Under the pieces are notes generated by a model. The model was not told the origin of the DNA. It ran no database searches and saw nothing but the letters and a program-made list of their open reading frames with translations. A stretch of 32,000 nucleotides of DNA from Desulfocapsa sulfexigens DSM 10523. Its GTDB lineage: Bacteria > Desulfobacterota > Desulfobulbia > Desulfobulbales > Desulfocapsaceae. Both the position numbers and the translations under genes were made by a program. This document shows positions 1 to 9,488 of the stretch, piece by piece. Location of the stretch: positions 2,370,001 to 2,402,000 of the forward strand of contig NC_020304.1 of assembly GCF_000341395.1 (NCBI RefSeq), read 5' to 3'. Within the stretch, counting starts at the first letter, position 1, and each line of letters begins with the position of its first letter.

Positions 1-61
1 TCCAATGTGGACTCCTTTTGCGTTGATATATTGTGAGTAAAAGCTTTTGTGATTGATTGCA

Positions 62-2020
62 TCAAATAGCCTTCACTATCGGAATTGTCAATCGTTGTGA
101 AGATTGAAGACTGCTGAAATCGAGGTTTGCGTTGTATTTCTTTAATAGCCAGAGTGGGAGGTCGAATTTTTTTGTGCAAATTTCCCAAACAGTATCACCT
201 TTTTTTACCGTATATGAACTGACTCCGACAATTTTGTAGGCACTAAAGAAATCTTCCTCAGTTTCCAGGTGAAAGTCAAATCGTTTTTCTTCAAATTGTT
301 TGGCTGAGACATTATTTAAGAGAATTTTAATATCCTCGTCGGGGTGAAGTTCCCGGTTGTGAGAGAAGTTGTTTAAGTTGCGAAGCTCAGTTGCTGATAC
401 TTGGAGCCAGTCGGCAAGGAGTTTTAGTGATTCCTCGGGGAAGACTGTTATTGTTCCCAGGGTTGTGGCGTTTGTTCTCAATATGTTTCGGACACCCAGA
501 GAGCCCAAAACTACGCTTCGGGCTCTCTGGATATTAAGCCATTGAGGTTTTTGTTTTTTCTCGTCGGCTAGTAATGGCAGTGTCCTTGAAGCATCTACTG
601 CGATTCTGGTTTTAGCGGGTTGATTAAATGTTTTTTGCTTTTGGGGCCGGATGGCCTGTGATGATTTTGAGGAGCTGTCAGGGATACGCAGGTTCTGTCC
701 AACAAAAATGGCTGCGTTTTTATCAAGATTGTTGGCATGGCGTAGCGACTTGAGGCTGACCTTATACTTCTGTGCAATTTTTCCAGCGCTGTCGCCTGCT
801 TTCACCCGGTGGAAGTTTGTTGGTTTTTGTTTTCCATGATAAATATGGGGAGGAATCTTAGCGATGAGACTTTTGTGTCGACTGGTGTATGGGAGGTGCA
901 GGGTGTAGCCCTTGGGAATATACTTGTTTCCCTGGAAAACGGAGCGCCTGAGGGCAGGGTTGAATTGTTTGAGGGTTTGCTCGGAAATGTTAAAATGACT
1001 CAGTATATCCTGGGCAGAGATGTATGCGGGAAGGGTATACTTCAAGCTTGAACGAGGCGCCTTACGTTGAATGGCTGGATCTTTCTCAAGCCTTTTAGCT
1101 ACCTGAACAGCAGCAAGAAATTCGGAGTAAAAATTTCGTGATGCAAATTTGAAATACCCCTGTTCATAGTCTGAAAAAATTTTTTCATAGCCAGAATGGG
1201 CTTTTTGGGCTCGAAGCATTCCTGCCGGGCCATAGTTGTATGCGGTGATTGCCAGTGGCCAGTTGCCGAGGAGTTTATAGTTGTTTTTGAGGAATGTGGC
1301 AGCAGCATGGCTTGCAAGAATGGGATCCTGTCTTTCATCAACAGCATAGTCGATGTTGAGAAACTGTTCTCCCGTGGAGCGTGTGAATTGCCAAATCCCG
1401 GAGGCCCCGAATTTAGAATAGGCATTGATGTTAAATGACGATTCCACATGGGGAAGATAGGCAAGATCCAGAGGAAGACCCTGGCGTGAAAAGATGCTTT
1501 TGATCTCATCCATGTATGCTCCTGATTGAATAACACCATCAAGGAATCGATCTTTCTGGCCTATCTGAACCCGGACAGATGATGCCGCAGTTTTAAAACG
1601 CGCAGGATTGCTTGTCCCGAAGAGGGAGGCAACTCTTTTTTCCTCTCTGGTCTGTGGCTGTATGCCCTGTGCCAGTTTGGTCAGGATTTGAGTATATTTG
1701 TTTTTAATACCCTTGAAAATCGGTTGGTTGACTTTGGAGGCACCGGGCAGGCGATGGCTGAATATCGGGAGTACCTCGTAGATAATACTAAGGTCGTTGG
1801 AGTCGTGAATTACCGCTTGACTGGTGGAATACTCACTGTAGATTTTGTCCCAGAAACGGACATTTTTGGCAATAACCGGGTAGTGGGGAAAAGGGGTAGC
1901 GCCAAAAATGGGTGCTGGGCAGAGGAACAGAAAAAAGAGCAGACCGACAGGCAGGAGGCGTAATTGTGGCGAGCTTGAGATCATTGTGAAAATAGCTTTA
2001 TACAGGTTGAATCCTTGCAT
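62..2020 (-). CDS. Membrane-bound lytic murein transglycosylase (MltD-like): SLT domain plus C-terminal LysM repeats
   Basis: 652-aa ORF with N-terminal hydrophobic signal, SLT signature 'LPHVESSFNINAYSKFGASGIWQFTRSTG...AYNYGPAG', and LysM-like segments 'HRVKAGDSAGKIAQKYKVSLKSLRHANNL' and 'YTVKKGDTVWEICTKKFDLPLWLLKKYN'. Confidence 0.9.
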   Translation of the reverse strand: MQGFNLYKAIFTMISSSPQLRLLPVGLLFFLFLCPAPIFGATPFPHYPVIAKNVRFWDKIYSEYSTSQAVIHDSNDLSIIYEVLPIFSHRLPGASKVNQPIFKGIKNKYTQILTKLAQGIQPQTREEKRVASLFGTSNPARFKTAASSVRVQIGQKDRFLDGVIQSGAYMDEIKSIFSRQGLPLDLAYLPHVESSFNINAYSKFGASGIWQFTRSTGEQFLNIDYAVDERQDPILASHAAATFLKNNYKLLGNWPLAITAYNYGPAGMLRAQKAHSGYEKIFSDYEQGYFKFASRNFYSEFLAAVQVAKRLEKDPAIQRKAPRSSLKYTLPAYISAQDILSHFNISEQTLKQFNPALRRSVFQGNKYIPKGYTLHLPYTSRHKSLIAKIPPHIYHGKQKPTNFHRVKAGDSAGKIAQKYKVSLKSLRHANNLDKNAAIFVGQNLRIPDSSSKSSQAIRPQKQKTFNQPAKTRIAVDASRTLPLLADEKKQKPQWLNIQRARSVVLGSLGVRNILRTNATTLGTITVFPEESLKLLADWLQVSATELRNLNNFSHNRELHPDEDIKILLNNVSAKQFEEKRFDFHLETEEDFFSAYKIVGVSSYTVKKGDTVWEICTKKFDLPLWLLKKYNANLDFSSLQSSQRLTIPIVKAI

Positions 2021-2135
2021 TGTGTCAGGTTATGTTTTTTTCTGTGAGATAAGAGTCTGAACAGGATAAATAGTGTAGTGGAAATGATGAACAGTCATAT
2101 TAGTATGAACCCCATTAAATCATAAGGAGTGGTTG

Positions 2136-2621
2136 ATGTATACACCTATCTTGGCAACACTTGGATTTATCCTTTCGAAGGATAAAAAGAGGGTGCTGTT
2201 GATTCATAGAAACAAGAGAGTTGGAGATCAGCACCTGGGTAAGTATAATGGTCTTGGGGGGAAAATGGAAGCTGGTGAGGACGCATTGTCGTGCCTGAAA
2301 AGGGAAGTTTACGAGGAAGCGGGAATTGAATGTGCGGAGGTTGAGCTTCGGGGTACTGTTAACTGGCCGGGTTTTGGTGTAAAAGGTGAGCACTGGTTTG
2401 GATTTATCTTTTTGGTGACGAAGTATCGGGGAGAACCTCGAACATCGAATGAAGAGGGGGATCTTCACTGGATGTATATCTCCGAGCTTCCAGATCTCCC
2501 TATGTGGGAGGGGGACAGGTTTTTTTTACCCCTTGTCTTCGATGGGGATCCCAATCCCTTTCACGGTCATATGCCATACAAGAACGGTTCACCGACGGGA
2601 TGGCAATATTCTCGTGGTTAG
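2136..2621 (+). CDS. NUDIX hydrolase (MutT / 8-oxo-dGTP diphosphatase-like)
   Basis: Nudix box 'GGKMEAGEDALSCLKREVYEEAGI'. ATG at 2136 preceded by AAGGAG; the track ORF begins one codon earlier at TTG 2133. Confidence 0.88.
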   Translation: MYTPILATLGFILSKDKKRVLLIHRNKRVGDQHLGKYNGLGGKMEAGEDALSCLKREVYEEAGIECAEVELRGTVNWPGFGVKGEHWFGFIFLVTKYRGEPRTSNEEGDLHWMYISELPDLPMWEGDRFFLPLVFDGDPNPFHGHMPYKNGSPTGWQYSRG

Positions 2622-2710
2622 CATGCTTGCAATAAAACAAATCATAGGTATAATTGTGTAAAATTGTTAATTGAACCCTATTTGTTTTTATTTATATTGG
2701 AGTGATCGTA

Positions 2711-3040
2711 ATGACTGAAGAAAATGAACTTGTAAGACTTGAGCAATTTGTTTCGACTCTGCTTGCTAAATTCAATGCTCTACGGGATGAAAGCAAGAAG
2801 CTGACAGAACGTCTGCAGAGGCGTGAGGCTACTATTGAAACTCTGCAGGATGAGCTTGCGGCCATGAAAAATGAACGCGGAGATATTTCTTCCAGAGTTA
2901 GTAGTCTGATAGGAAAAATCGAAGAGTGGGAGTCAGAAGGTGAAATCTCCACTGAGGACGTCGAACCTACTGAAAAACATTCTGATTCCGGAGTGCAGGG
3001 AAATCTGTTTTCCGTGGATGCTATGAGAAGCAATAGTTGA
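2711..3040 (+). CDS. Short coiled-coil protein, cell division protein ZapB-like
   Basis: Small heptad-rich protein 'LVRLEQFVSTLLAKFNALRDESKKLTERLQRREATIETLQDELAAM' directly upstream of a ZapA-like gene. ATG at 2711 has GGAG at 2699-2702. Confidence 0.6.
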   Translation: MTEENELVRLEQFVSTLLAKFNALRDESKKLTERLQRREATIETLQDELAAMKNERGDISSRVSSLIGKIEEWESEGEISTEDVEPTEKHSDSGVQGNLFSVDAMRSNS

Positions 3041-3088
3041 GTACTCACACTGGAAACATTACCCTGCATTAGTTGAGAGGTAGATCTG

Positions 3089-3400
3089 TTGGAACGACTT
3101 GTTCGTTTTAAACTCATAGGGCTTGAATTTGCCTTTTATACCAGTGCACCTGAAGAGGAGGTGGACGAGATTATTGCAATGGTGACAGATCTTGTTGAGG
3201 AGAACCGTTCTTCCGGGACTGCTGGAAGTGTTGCTGTGGGTAAGGTTGCGGTACTGGCCAGTCTTAATATAGCCTCAAGATATGTTGAATTAAAACGAAA
3301 CTTTAATGATTATAAGCAGGAGACTGAAAGTAGATTGATTCGGCTTGGCAAACGGATCAGTGAGGAAATCGAAGAAGAAAAGAAGCTTTCATCAAGATAA
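3089..3400 (+). CDS. zapA: Cell division protein ZapA-like
   Basis: 103 aa: 'VRFKLIGLEFAFYTSAPEEEVDEIIAMVTDLVEEN...VAVLASLNIASRYVELKRNFNDYKQE' fits the ZapA fold. TTG start after GAGAGG. Confidence 0.72.
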   Translation: MERLVRFKLIGLEFAFYTSAPEEEVDEIIAMVTDLVEENRSSGTAGSVAVGKVAVLASLNIASRYVELKRNFNDYKQETESRLIRLGKRISEEIEEEKKLSSR

Positions 3401-3424
3401 CCTGTTTTTTTTCGAGAACTTTGC

Positions 3425-3430
3425 TATACT
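3425..3430 (+). promoter_or_regulatory. Probable -10 box (TATACT) of the 6S RNA candidate
   Basis: tttgcTATACTaggctg just upstream of the structured RNA; the -35 is weak. Confidence 0.35.
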
Positions 3431-3450
3431 AGGCTGAGTTAAGAAGAGTT

Positions 3451-3635
3451 TACAGTTTTCCCTGGCCTGTTGGTGATTTTCAGTGTTGTTGAGCCAACTC
3501 TCTTAAAAAGGGTAACTCCTCTGTATCAGAATGGAAAATCGCTTGCGAATTACCAGATGGATATATGAGTGTGCCCACCTATTTAATAGGTTTAACGTTC
3601 CTGGAGACACGGCAGGGTGGGGAAATTTATTTTTT
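3451..3635 (+). ncRNA. ssrS: Candidate 6S RNA (ssrS)
   Basis: Immediately downstream of zapA, the conserved ssrS location. Closing stem CCCTG(G)CC.TGT (3460-3470) pairs with ACAcGGCAGGG (about 3608-3616). A 3' central-bubble hairpin CACCTATTtaATAGGT resembles the E. coli 6S CACCUUGAACC...GGGUUCAAGG element. Length about 185 nt, ending in a T-rich tract (TTTATTTTTTCTC). Exact ends uncertain. Confidence 0.55.
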
Positions 3636-4204
3636 CTCAGAACAAAAGCATCGCATTGTTTTTGTTCTGTTTGCATATTCTGGAAAGTTTTGCAATATAT
3701 GTAATGCTTTCAAGAAATTACCGACAGAATTGACTGCGGTAGGAATAAAGAGTTTCTGGAAAAATAGGAAGTATAGAGTCTGTCTATATCCACTGTTTCA
3801 TGGGCAAGTTTATGAGGCAGCCGATTTTATATAGTATGAAAAAACAGCTGGTTGTTGCTGATTGTTCCGTAAAAGTTCTTTGTTTATTGTTCTGTCACTG
3901 GCAGGAACAGAGAGCATATGTAAAGGATGAAATTTCCGATTTTACGGAAATGACGGGATGGTGAAAAACTGGAGTGTTTGCAGGTTCACCAGGTGCGTCC
4001 TTAAACTGTTTTTTTCTCGGGCGGATTAAACATACAGTTTGCATTTGTTATAATGGCCGTGGAAAGCGTTCCTTGAATTTTTTGGGGCGCTGTATGGGCT
4101 TCACAAATGCTATTTCCTCATTATTACCCCCTTTTTTCTAAGGGGTTCTCCACTTACTCCTATCTCATTATCACATTCATGTCTGTTGTCATGGGAGAAC
4201 TTTT

Positions 4205-5764
4205 GTGGATTTTCAATTAATTATATATCTTGGTGGGGGACTTGTCGCTGGTATTGCAGTGGGGATTTTACTGCGAAAGCGGCTTGTTGAGGGCCATGAG
4301 GCCAATATTAATGCTCAAGGGAAGCTGATCATTGAAACAGCTATTTCTCAGGCTGAGCAAATAAAAAAGGAATCGCTGCTAAAGGCGAAGGAAGCTGCCT
4401 ACAAACAGAAGCAGAATGCCGAGGAAGAGATACGAAAAGAAAAACTGGAACTCAAAGAAGAGCTGCAACGGCTTGGGCAAAAGAAGGAACAGTTAAAACA
4501 GGAGTGGACAACTCTGGATACGCGGCGGAGTGATCAGGAGAAACATTCCGAATATCTGAAAACTCAGGAAAAAGAACTGCTGGAAAAGAATAAAGAAGCC
4601 GAGCTTCTTATCGGTAAGCAGCGGTTTGAACTGGAAAAGCTTTCAGGACTTAGTCAGGATGAAGCCAAGAAAATGCTCATGGAGTCTCTTGAGAGTGAAG
4701 CTCGTATGGATGCAGCAAAACGATTGGCCCGGATCGAAAATGAGATGAAAATGGAGGCCGACCGTAAGGGGAAGAACATCCTGGCGCTTGCCATTTCCCG
4801 CTATGCCGGCGACTACGTTGCTGATAAAACGGTGTCCATGGTTCCCCTGCCAAACGATGAGATGAAGGGACGGATCATCGGTCGTGAAGGACGCAATATC
4901 AGAGCCATAGAAGCTGCAACGGGTATTGATATCATTATTGATGATACCCCGGAAGCCGTTATTTTGTCAGGATTTAATCCAGTGCGTCGTGAGGTCGCCC
5001 GACTGGCCTTACTGCAACTTATTACCGATGGTCGAATTCACCCGGCACGAATAGAGGAAGTTGTTGAAAAGGTAACCAAGGAGCTTGAAGTTGTAATGAG
5101 GGAGGCTGGTGAACAGGCAACTTTTGATGTTGGTTGTCATGGAGTTCACGTGGAATTGATTAATCTTCTTGGACGGTTGAAGTACAGAACGAGTTATGGC
5201 CAGAATGTGTTGCAGCATTCCCTCGAAGTGGCCTTCCTTTGCGGAATTATGGCTGCCGAGCTTGGTATTGACGTGAAAATGGCTAAGAGAGCCGGATTAC
5301 TTCACGATATTGGCAAGGCAGTAGATCATGAGGTTGAAGGGTCTCATGCCGTAATAGGGCGTGATCTTGCCAAGAAATATGGTGAACCTGAAGCAGTTGT
5401 CTATGCAATCGGTGCTCATCATGAGGATCAGCCACCACAGTCTGTGCTTGATATTCTGGTGCAGTCTGCCGATGCACTTTCAGGTGCACGACCCGGGGCA
5501 CGAAAGGAGATGCTCCAGTCCTACGTGAAACGACTTGAGGATCTTGAAGCCATTGCAGATGCTTTTGAAGGTGTGGATAAATCCTATGCTATTCAGGCTG
5601 GTCGTGATTTACGGATTATAGTCGACTCTCAGAAGGTGAAGGATGGTGAGGCGACTCTTCTCAGTCAGGATATTGCAAAGGCCATTGAAGAGAAACTGAC
5701 CTATCCCGGCCAGATACGGGTGACGGTGATTCGAGAAACACGTGCAGTACAGTATGCAAGGTAA
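4205..5764 (+). CDS. rny: Ribonuclease Y
   Basis: 519 aa: N-terminal TM, long coiled coil, KH domain ('[54 protein letters not shown]') and HD domain ('[21 protein letters not shown]'). GTG start after GGGAG. Confidence 0.96.
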   Translation: MDFQLIIYLGGGLVAGIAVGILLRKRLVEGHEANINAQGKLIIETAISQAEQIKKESLLKAKEAAYKQKQNAEEEIRKEKLELKEELQRLGQKKEQLKQEWTTLDTRRSDQEKHSEYLKTQEKELLEKNKEAELLIGKQRFELEKLSGLSQDEAKKMLMESLESEARMDAAKRLARIENEMKMEADRKGKNILALAISRYAGDYVADKTVSMVPLPNDEMKGRIIGREGRNIRAIEAATGIDIIIDDTPEAVILSGFNPVRREVARLALLQLITDGRIHPARIEEVVEKVTKELEVVMREAGEQATFDVGCHGVHVELINLLGRLKYRTSYGQNVLQHSLEVAFLCGIMAAELGIDVKMAKRAGLLHDIGKAVDHEVEGSHAVIGRDLAKKYGEPEAVVYAIGAHHEDQPPQSVLDILVQSADALSGARPGARKEMLQSYVKRLEDLEAIADAFEGVDKSYAIQAGRDLRIIVDSQKVKDGEATLLSQDIAKAIEEKLTYPGQIRVTVIRETRAVQYAR

Positions 5765-5797
5765 AAGAATAAATTCCTAATTTTATATAAACGTAAA

Positions 5798-7009
5798 ATG
5801 GCAACGATAGAAGAACAAATAACTCTACTCGAAAGAGGAGTGGTTGACTGTATTGGTCATGATGAACTGCTCAAAAAACTGAAGAAATCTCAAGAAAGTG
5901 GTGTTCCGCTCAGGATAAAAGCAGGTTTTGATCCAACGGCCCCCGATCTTCATCTGGGGCATACGGTTTTACTTCAGAAGTTAAAGCATTTTCAGGATTT
6001 AGGTCACGATGTTTTTTTTCTCATCGGCGACTTTACTGGAATGATAGGAGATCCGACAGGAAAGTCTGAAACCAGAAAAGCACTCACTCGTGAAGATGTC
6101 GCAGCCAACGCTGAAAGTTATAAGGAACAGGTTTTTAAAATTCTTGATCCTGAGAAAACCAAAGTTGTGTTTAATTCAGAGTGGCTTGGCAAGCTTGATT
6201 CCTTTGATATGATTCGTCTTGCATCAGAACTGACTGTTGCCAGGATGCTTGAACGTGAAGATTTCAAGGTCAGATTTCGTGAAGGAAATCCTATTTCCAT
6301 TCATGAATTTATGTACCCTCTCATTCAGGGCTATGATTCCGTTGCACTTGAAGCGGATGTGGAGCTTGGTGGAACAGATCAGCTGTTCAACCTGCTGATG
6401 GGGCGTGATCTACAGCGTTCAAGGGGGCAGGAACCTCAGGTGGTCATGACTCTTCCTCTTCTCGAAGGACTCGATGGCGTAAATAAGATGAGCAAATCTC
6501 TTGGAAACTATATTGGAGTTTCGGAACCTGCCAATGATATTTACGGTAAAGTTCTTTCTGCCTCCGATGAACTTATGTTCCGATACTTCGATCTTCTGAG
6601 TGACCTGAGCCAGGATGAAATTGCTGAGTTGAAGGCGCAGATGGACTCTGGTTCTCTGCATCCAAAGGAGATCAAGAAGCAGTTGGCCCGGGAGCTTACC
6701 GCCAGGTTTCATTCCAGTGAAGCAGCTCAACAGGCAGAAGAAAATTTTGAGAAAGTATTCCGCAAGGGTGGTCTTCCCGATGATATTGTTGAGAAGAGAA
6801 TTCATTCCAATGACGACATCTGGCTGCCCCAGCTTCTCGTTGATCTTGAAATGGTGAAGTCAACTTCCGATGGGCGTCGTATGATCAAACAGAATGCGGT
6901 ATCTCTTGATGGGGAGAAGGTGACGGATATGAATAAAAATGTCACCCCTCGGGGGAGTATACTGGTGAAAGTGGGTAAACTTCGTTTTTGTAAGGTGATT
7001 TTCGAATAA
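5798..7009 (+). CDS. tyrS: Tyrosyl-tRNA synthetase
   Basis: 403 aa, class I aaRS: '[28 protein letters not shown]', 'KMSKSLGN' (KMSKS), C-terminal S4 domain. Confidence 0.96.
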   Translation: MATIEEQITLLERGVVDCIGHDELLKKLKKSQESGVPLRIKAGFDPTAPDLHLGHTVLLQKLKHFQDLGHDVFFLIGDFTGMIGDPTGKSETRKALTREDVAANAESYKEQVFKILDPEKTKVVFNSEWLGKLDSFDMIRLASELTVARMLEREDFKVRFREGNPISIHEFMYPLIQGYDSVALEADVELGGTDQLFNLLMGRDLQRSRGQEPQVVMTLPLLEGLDGVNKMSKSLGNYIGVSEPANDIYGKVLSASDELMFRYFDLLSDLSQDEIAELKAQMDSGSLHPKEIKKQLARELTARFHSSEAAQQAEENFEKVFRKGGLPDDIVEKRIHSNDDIWLPQLLVDLEMVKSTSDGRRMIKQNAVSLDGEKVTDMNKNVTPRGSILVKVGKLRFCKVIFE

Positions 7010-7028
7010 TTTCTTTTGAAAAAATATA

Positions 7029-7071
7029 AAATAAGGCCCGTTGGAATACATTCCAGCGGGCCTTATTTTTT
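7029..7071. terminator. Bidirectional Rho-independent terminator between convergent tyrS and the Fur-family gene
   Basis: AAATAAGGCCCGttGGAAtacaTTCCagCGGGCCTTATTTTTT: strong GC stem with T-runs on both strands. Confidence 0.9.
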
Positions 7072-7128
7072 ACCTTTCTGCTACTGAAAATAGCCTGAAA
7101 AATGAGGGTTGACTGCCGTTTACTGGTC

Positions 7129-7545
7129 TCAGTTAACAAGCACCTCAGAATCAGTGTTACTGCACTCGCTGCAAATTCCTGAAAATTCTATGTGGTGGCC
7201 GAGAACCTGATATTGACTTAGATCAGCGGCTGTTTTGTTAATACTGGTCATTACGGGAAGTTCGATATCATCAACCTTACCGCAGCTGAGACAGCGGATG
7301 TGGTAATGAGGGGCAATGGTTGCGTCAAAGCGTTTTTGGGTTCCACCAACTTCGAGCTTCAGGATGATTCCGGTTTCAGCCATAAGTTCAAGGTTTCTGT
7401 AAACAGTTCCCAGGCCAATACGAGGGAGACGTTTTCTCACCATGTCATATACTTCATTTGCAGTGGGATGGGAGGTGACCTTTCCGAGTTCTTCTAAAAT
7501 TATCTGACGCTGAGTTGTCAAACGCATTTGTGGAGTAAGTTGCAT
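7129..7545 (-). CDS. Fur-family transcriptional regulator (PerR-like)
   Basis: 138 aa: 'RLTTQRQIILEELGKVTSHPTANEVYDMVRKRLPRIGLGTVYRNLELMAETGII', HYHIRC metal motif, CxxC pairs (CLSC, CSEC). AAGGAG upstream of ATG. Confidence 0.9.
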   Translation of the reverse strand: MQLTPQMRLTTQRQIILEELGKVTSHPTANEVYDMVRKRLPRIGLGTVYRNLELMAETGIILKLEVGGTQKRFDATIAPHYHIRCLSCGKVDDIELPVMTSINKTAADLSQYQVLGHHIEFSGICSECSNTDSEVLVN

Positions 7546-7588
7546 TGTGTGGCTCCTTAAGAAAAAAAGTGAGTGGTAATTATTCTTG

Positions 7589-7614
7589 AACGCTAATTTA
7601 GATCAATTTGCGTT
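7589..7614. promoter_or_regulatory. Imperfect 26-bp palindrome upstream of the Fur-family gene; candidate operator
   Basis: AACGCtAATTtaGAtcAATTtGCGTT, 10 of 13 dyad positions match, 44 nt upstream of the start codon at 7545. Confidence 0.4.
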
Positions 7615-7702
7615 TTAAGCAAGAGAAAAATGCAAATAAATTTGACATAATGAAGGTGAAAGAGAAGAGTTGTGAAATAAAAAAGAGGTTAAATATGGAT
7701 TC

Positions 7703-8983
7703 CTAACGGATTGGAGGGTTGTAATATCCCAATTGTAACTGCGGAAAATCTGTTTGTATTTTTTCAAGCCACTGGCGCATACCCATTGAAATAATTGATT
7801 GGTCGATGCCTATGCTTCGCATGTACCACTCAGGATCCATGTTTAGATTTCGTAATTGAATACGATCTGGGCGAAAAGTGTTAAGAAGGGTTGACAGTGC
7901 CTCAAATTCTGGGACCGAATCTGTGAAACCGGGAAGGATAAAATAGTTCAGTGAGACAAAAGCACCCTCTTTTTTCATCACTCGAATGGATTCGAGGACA
8001 TCTGAGAGAGAGAAGCCCTGGGGGCGGTAGTATTTATGGTGATAATATTCCTGGGCAGAGTTTATTGATACCCGTAGACTGTCCAATCCTGCACCTGCAA
8101 GGCGCTGAATGGCCTCTGGTAAACTTGCGTTGGAATTAAGGTTGATGGTACCTCGGTCTGTTTTCTTTCGGATCGTTTTTATTGCTTTTTCCAGGGTATC
8201 AGATTGAAGAAGGGGCTCCCCTTCGCAGCCCTGGCCAAAACTCACTATGGCACTATCCGCATTCTGGAGATGGGGAACAGCTACCTGTGCAATTTCAGTG
8301 GGCGTCGGGACAAACTGAATCCTATCCTGAGTGGCAGAACATTTTCCGGATGCCTGGAGAGAAATACAGCCTATACACCTGGCGTTGCAAACAGGAGATG
8401 TCGGTAATGGGGCCTCCCAGCGTCCGAGGAAGTAATTTCTTGCTGCCGGGCAAGCATAGGTCAGGCAACATTTTCCAAGATGCTGAATAAGTCTGTTCTT
8501 TTTATTGTCTTTGAGTTTTCTGGTAGTTCTGGAGTTTATTATCTCCTGATTGAACTGAGTACAGTCCTGACGAATATCATTATCGCTTCGAAAGGCGGTG
8601 GTCCAGAATCTGTCGTCGTACCAGCCGATGGCTGTATAGGCAAACAGAGGAAGGCGGGGGGCATTTGCAGTAGTCTGGTAGGCGCTGTTGAAAATAGCCG
8701 TATGTGCAGGAGACATAAAGGCGGCAACCGCCTGGATAGTCTCATTGGAATAGGGATCTTCTTCTACTAAAAGTGCTTCTCCACTATTGAGATCACACCC
8801 TACGGGAAGGCGACCTGGAAGAACGAAAAGTTCGCTGCCTTCGGGCAGCGGGATAAAATCTTCTTTATCGGGGAGTCTGTAATTTCCTGCACTCATGCCT
8901 GCTGCATGAAGGTCGGGGAGATCCTTTATATTCCCCTGAGCATCACCATATACGAGAAAAGGCTGTCCATCTGGATGAATCAC
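7703..8983 (-). CDS. Radical SAM domain protein
   Basis: 426 aa with the CxxxCxxC cluster 'CNARCIGC' and downstream 'VSFGQGCEGEPLL', 'LRVSINSAQEYYHHKYYRP' typical of the radical SAM barrel. Confidence 0.85.
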   Translation of the reverse strand: MIHPDGQPFLVYGDAQGNIKDLPDLHAAGMSAGNYRLPDKEDFIPLPEGSELFVLPGRLPVGCDLNSGEALLVEEDPYSNETIQAVAAFMSPAHTAIFNSAYQTTANAPRLPLFAYTAIGWYDDRFWTTAFRSDNDIRQDCTQFNQEIINSRTTRKLKDNKKNRLIQHLGKCCLTYACPAARNYFLGRWEAPLPTSPVCNARCIGCISLQASGKCSATQDRIQFVPTPTEIAQVAVPHLQNADSAIVSFGQGCEGEPLLQSDTLEKAIKTIRKKTDRGTINLNSNASLPEAIQRLAGAGLDSLRVSINSAQEYYHHKYYRPQGFSLSDVLESIRVMKKEGAFVSLNYFILPGFTDSVPEFEALSTLLNTFRPDRIQLRNLNMDPEWYMRSIGIDQSIISMGMRQWLEKIQTDFPQLQLGYYNPPIR

Positions 8984-9408
8984 TGTACTGGTCGGAGAAC
9001 TTTGAATACTGAATCAATAGCGCGGTAAACGTCAAGATCTTCACCGAAAACATCTTCGATTGCTGGATTGTCAATAAGATCTTCAATAACATACCCGGTG
9101 AGGTAAAGGCTCAGGATGTTCGGGTCAGGAACCAGAGTACGGATAGGGGCAACTTTCATCTGGATGTCAAATTCATCCTTTTCAGGAAGACTTTTCAGTT
9201 GGCTGAAAAAAGAATCTCTGACAGCTTGAACGGAATTGATTTCAAGGACATTCCTGTCAATGAGTCGCTGGGTTACCAGTGTGGCAAACTCCTCCGCGTT
9301 GTCACGGGCTTTGTTGAGGATAAAGCGTCGTTCTCTTTCACGTTTTCTGTCAATGGCACGTATGGTTTTGTCCGTGGCATTAGTTGCACTTATATGAGCT
9401 TTGGCCAT
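8980..9408 (-). CDS. Conserved-looking hypothetical protein, coupled to the downstream radical SAM gene
   Basis: 142 aa, ATG preceded by AGGAGA. Its stop overlaps the radical SAM start by 4 nt (8980-8983). No family recognised. Confidence 0.75.
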   Translation of the reverse strand: MAKAHISATNATDKTIRAIDRKRERERRFILNKARDNAEEFATLVTQRLIDRNVLEINSVQAVRDSFFSQLKSLPEKDEFDIQMKVAPIRTLVPDPNILSLYLTGYVIEDLIDNPAIEDVFGEDLDVYRAIDSVFKVLRPVQ

Positions 9409-9488
9409 TATGTTCTCCTGTGGAGGAAGCTGTAAATCAAATTTTTCTAAAATTTACAGTATAATCGAGAATCTTCCAATCAAAATTT

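Noticed and set aside
3565-3834. 89-aa ORF downstream of zapA (MSVPTYLIGLTFLETRQGG...)
   Set aside because: It begins inside the 6S RNA candidate, lacks a clear RBS and has no recognisable family. If no 6S transcript is found it should be reconsidered.
4049-4054. TATAAT hexamer upstream of rny as a promoter
   Set aside because: A good -10, but only a weak TTAAAC -35; plausible but not strong enough to list as a feature.
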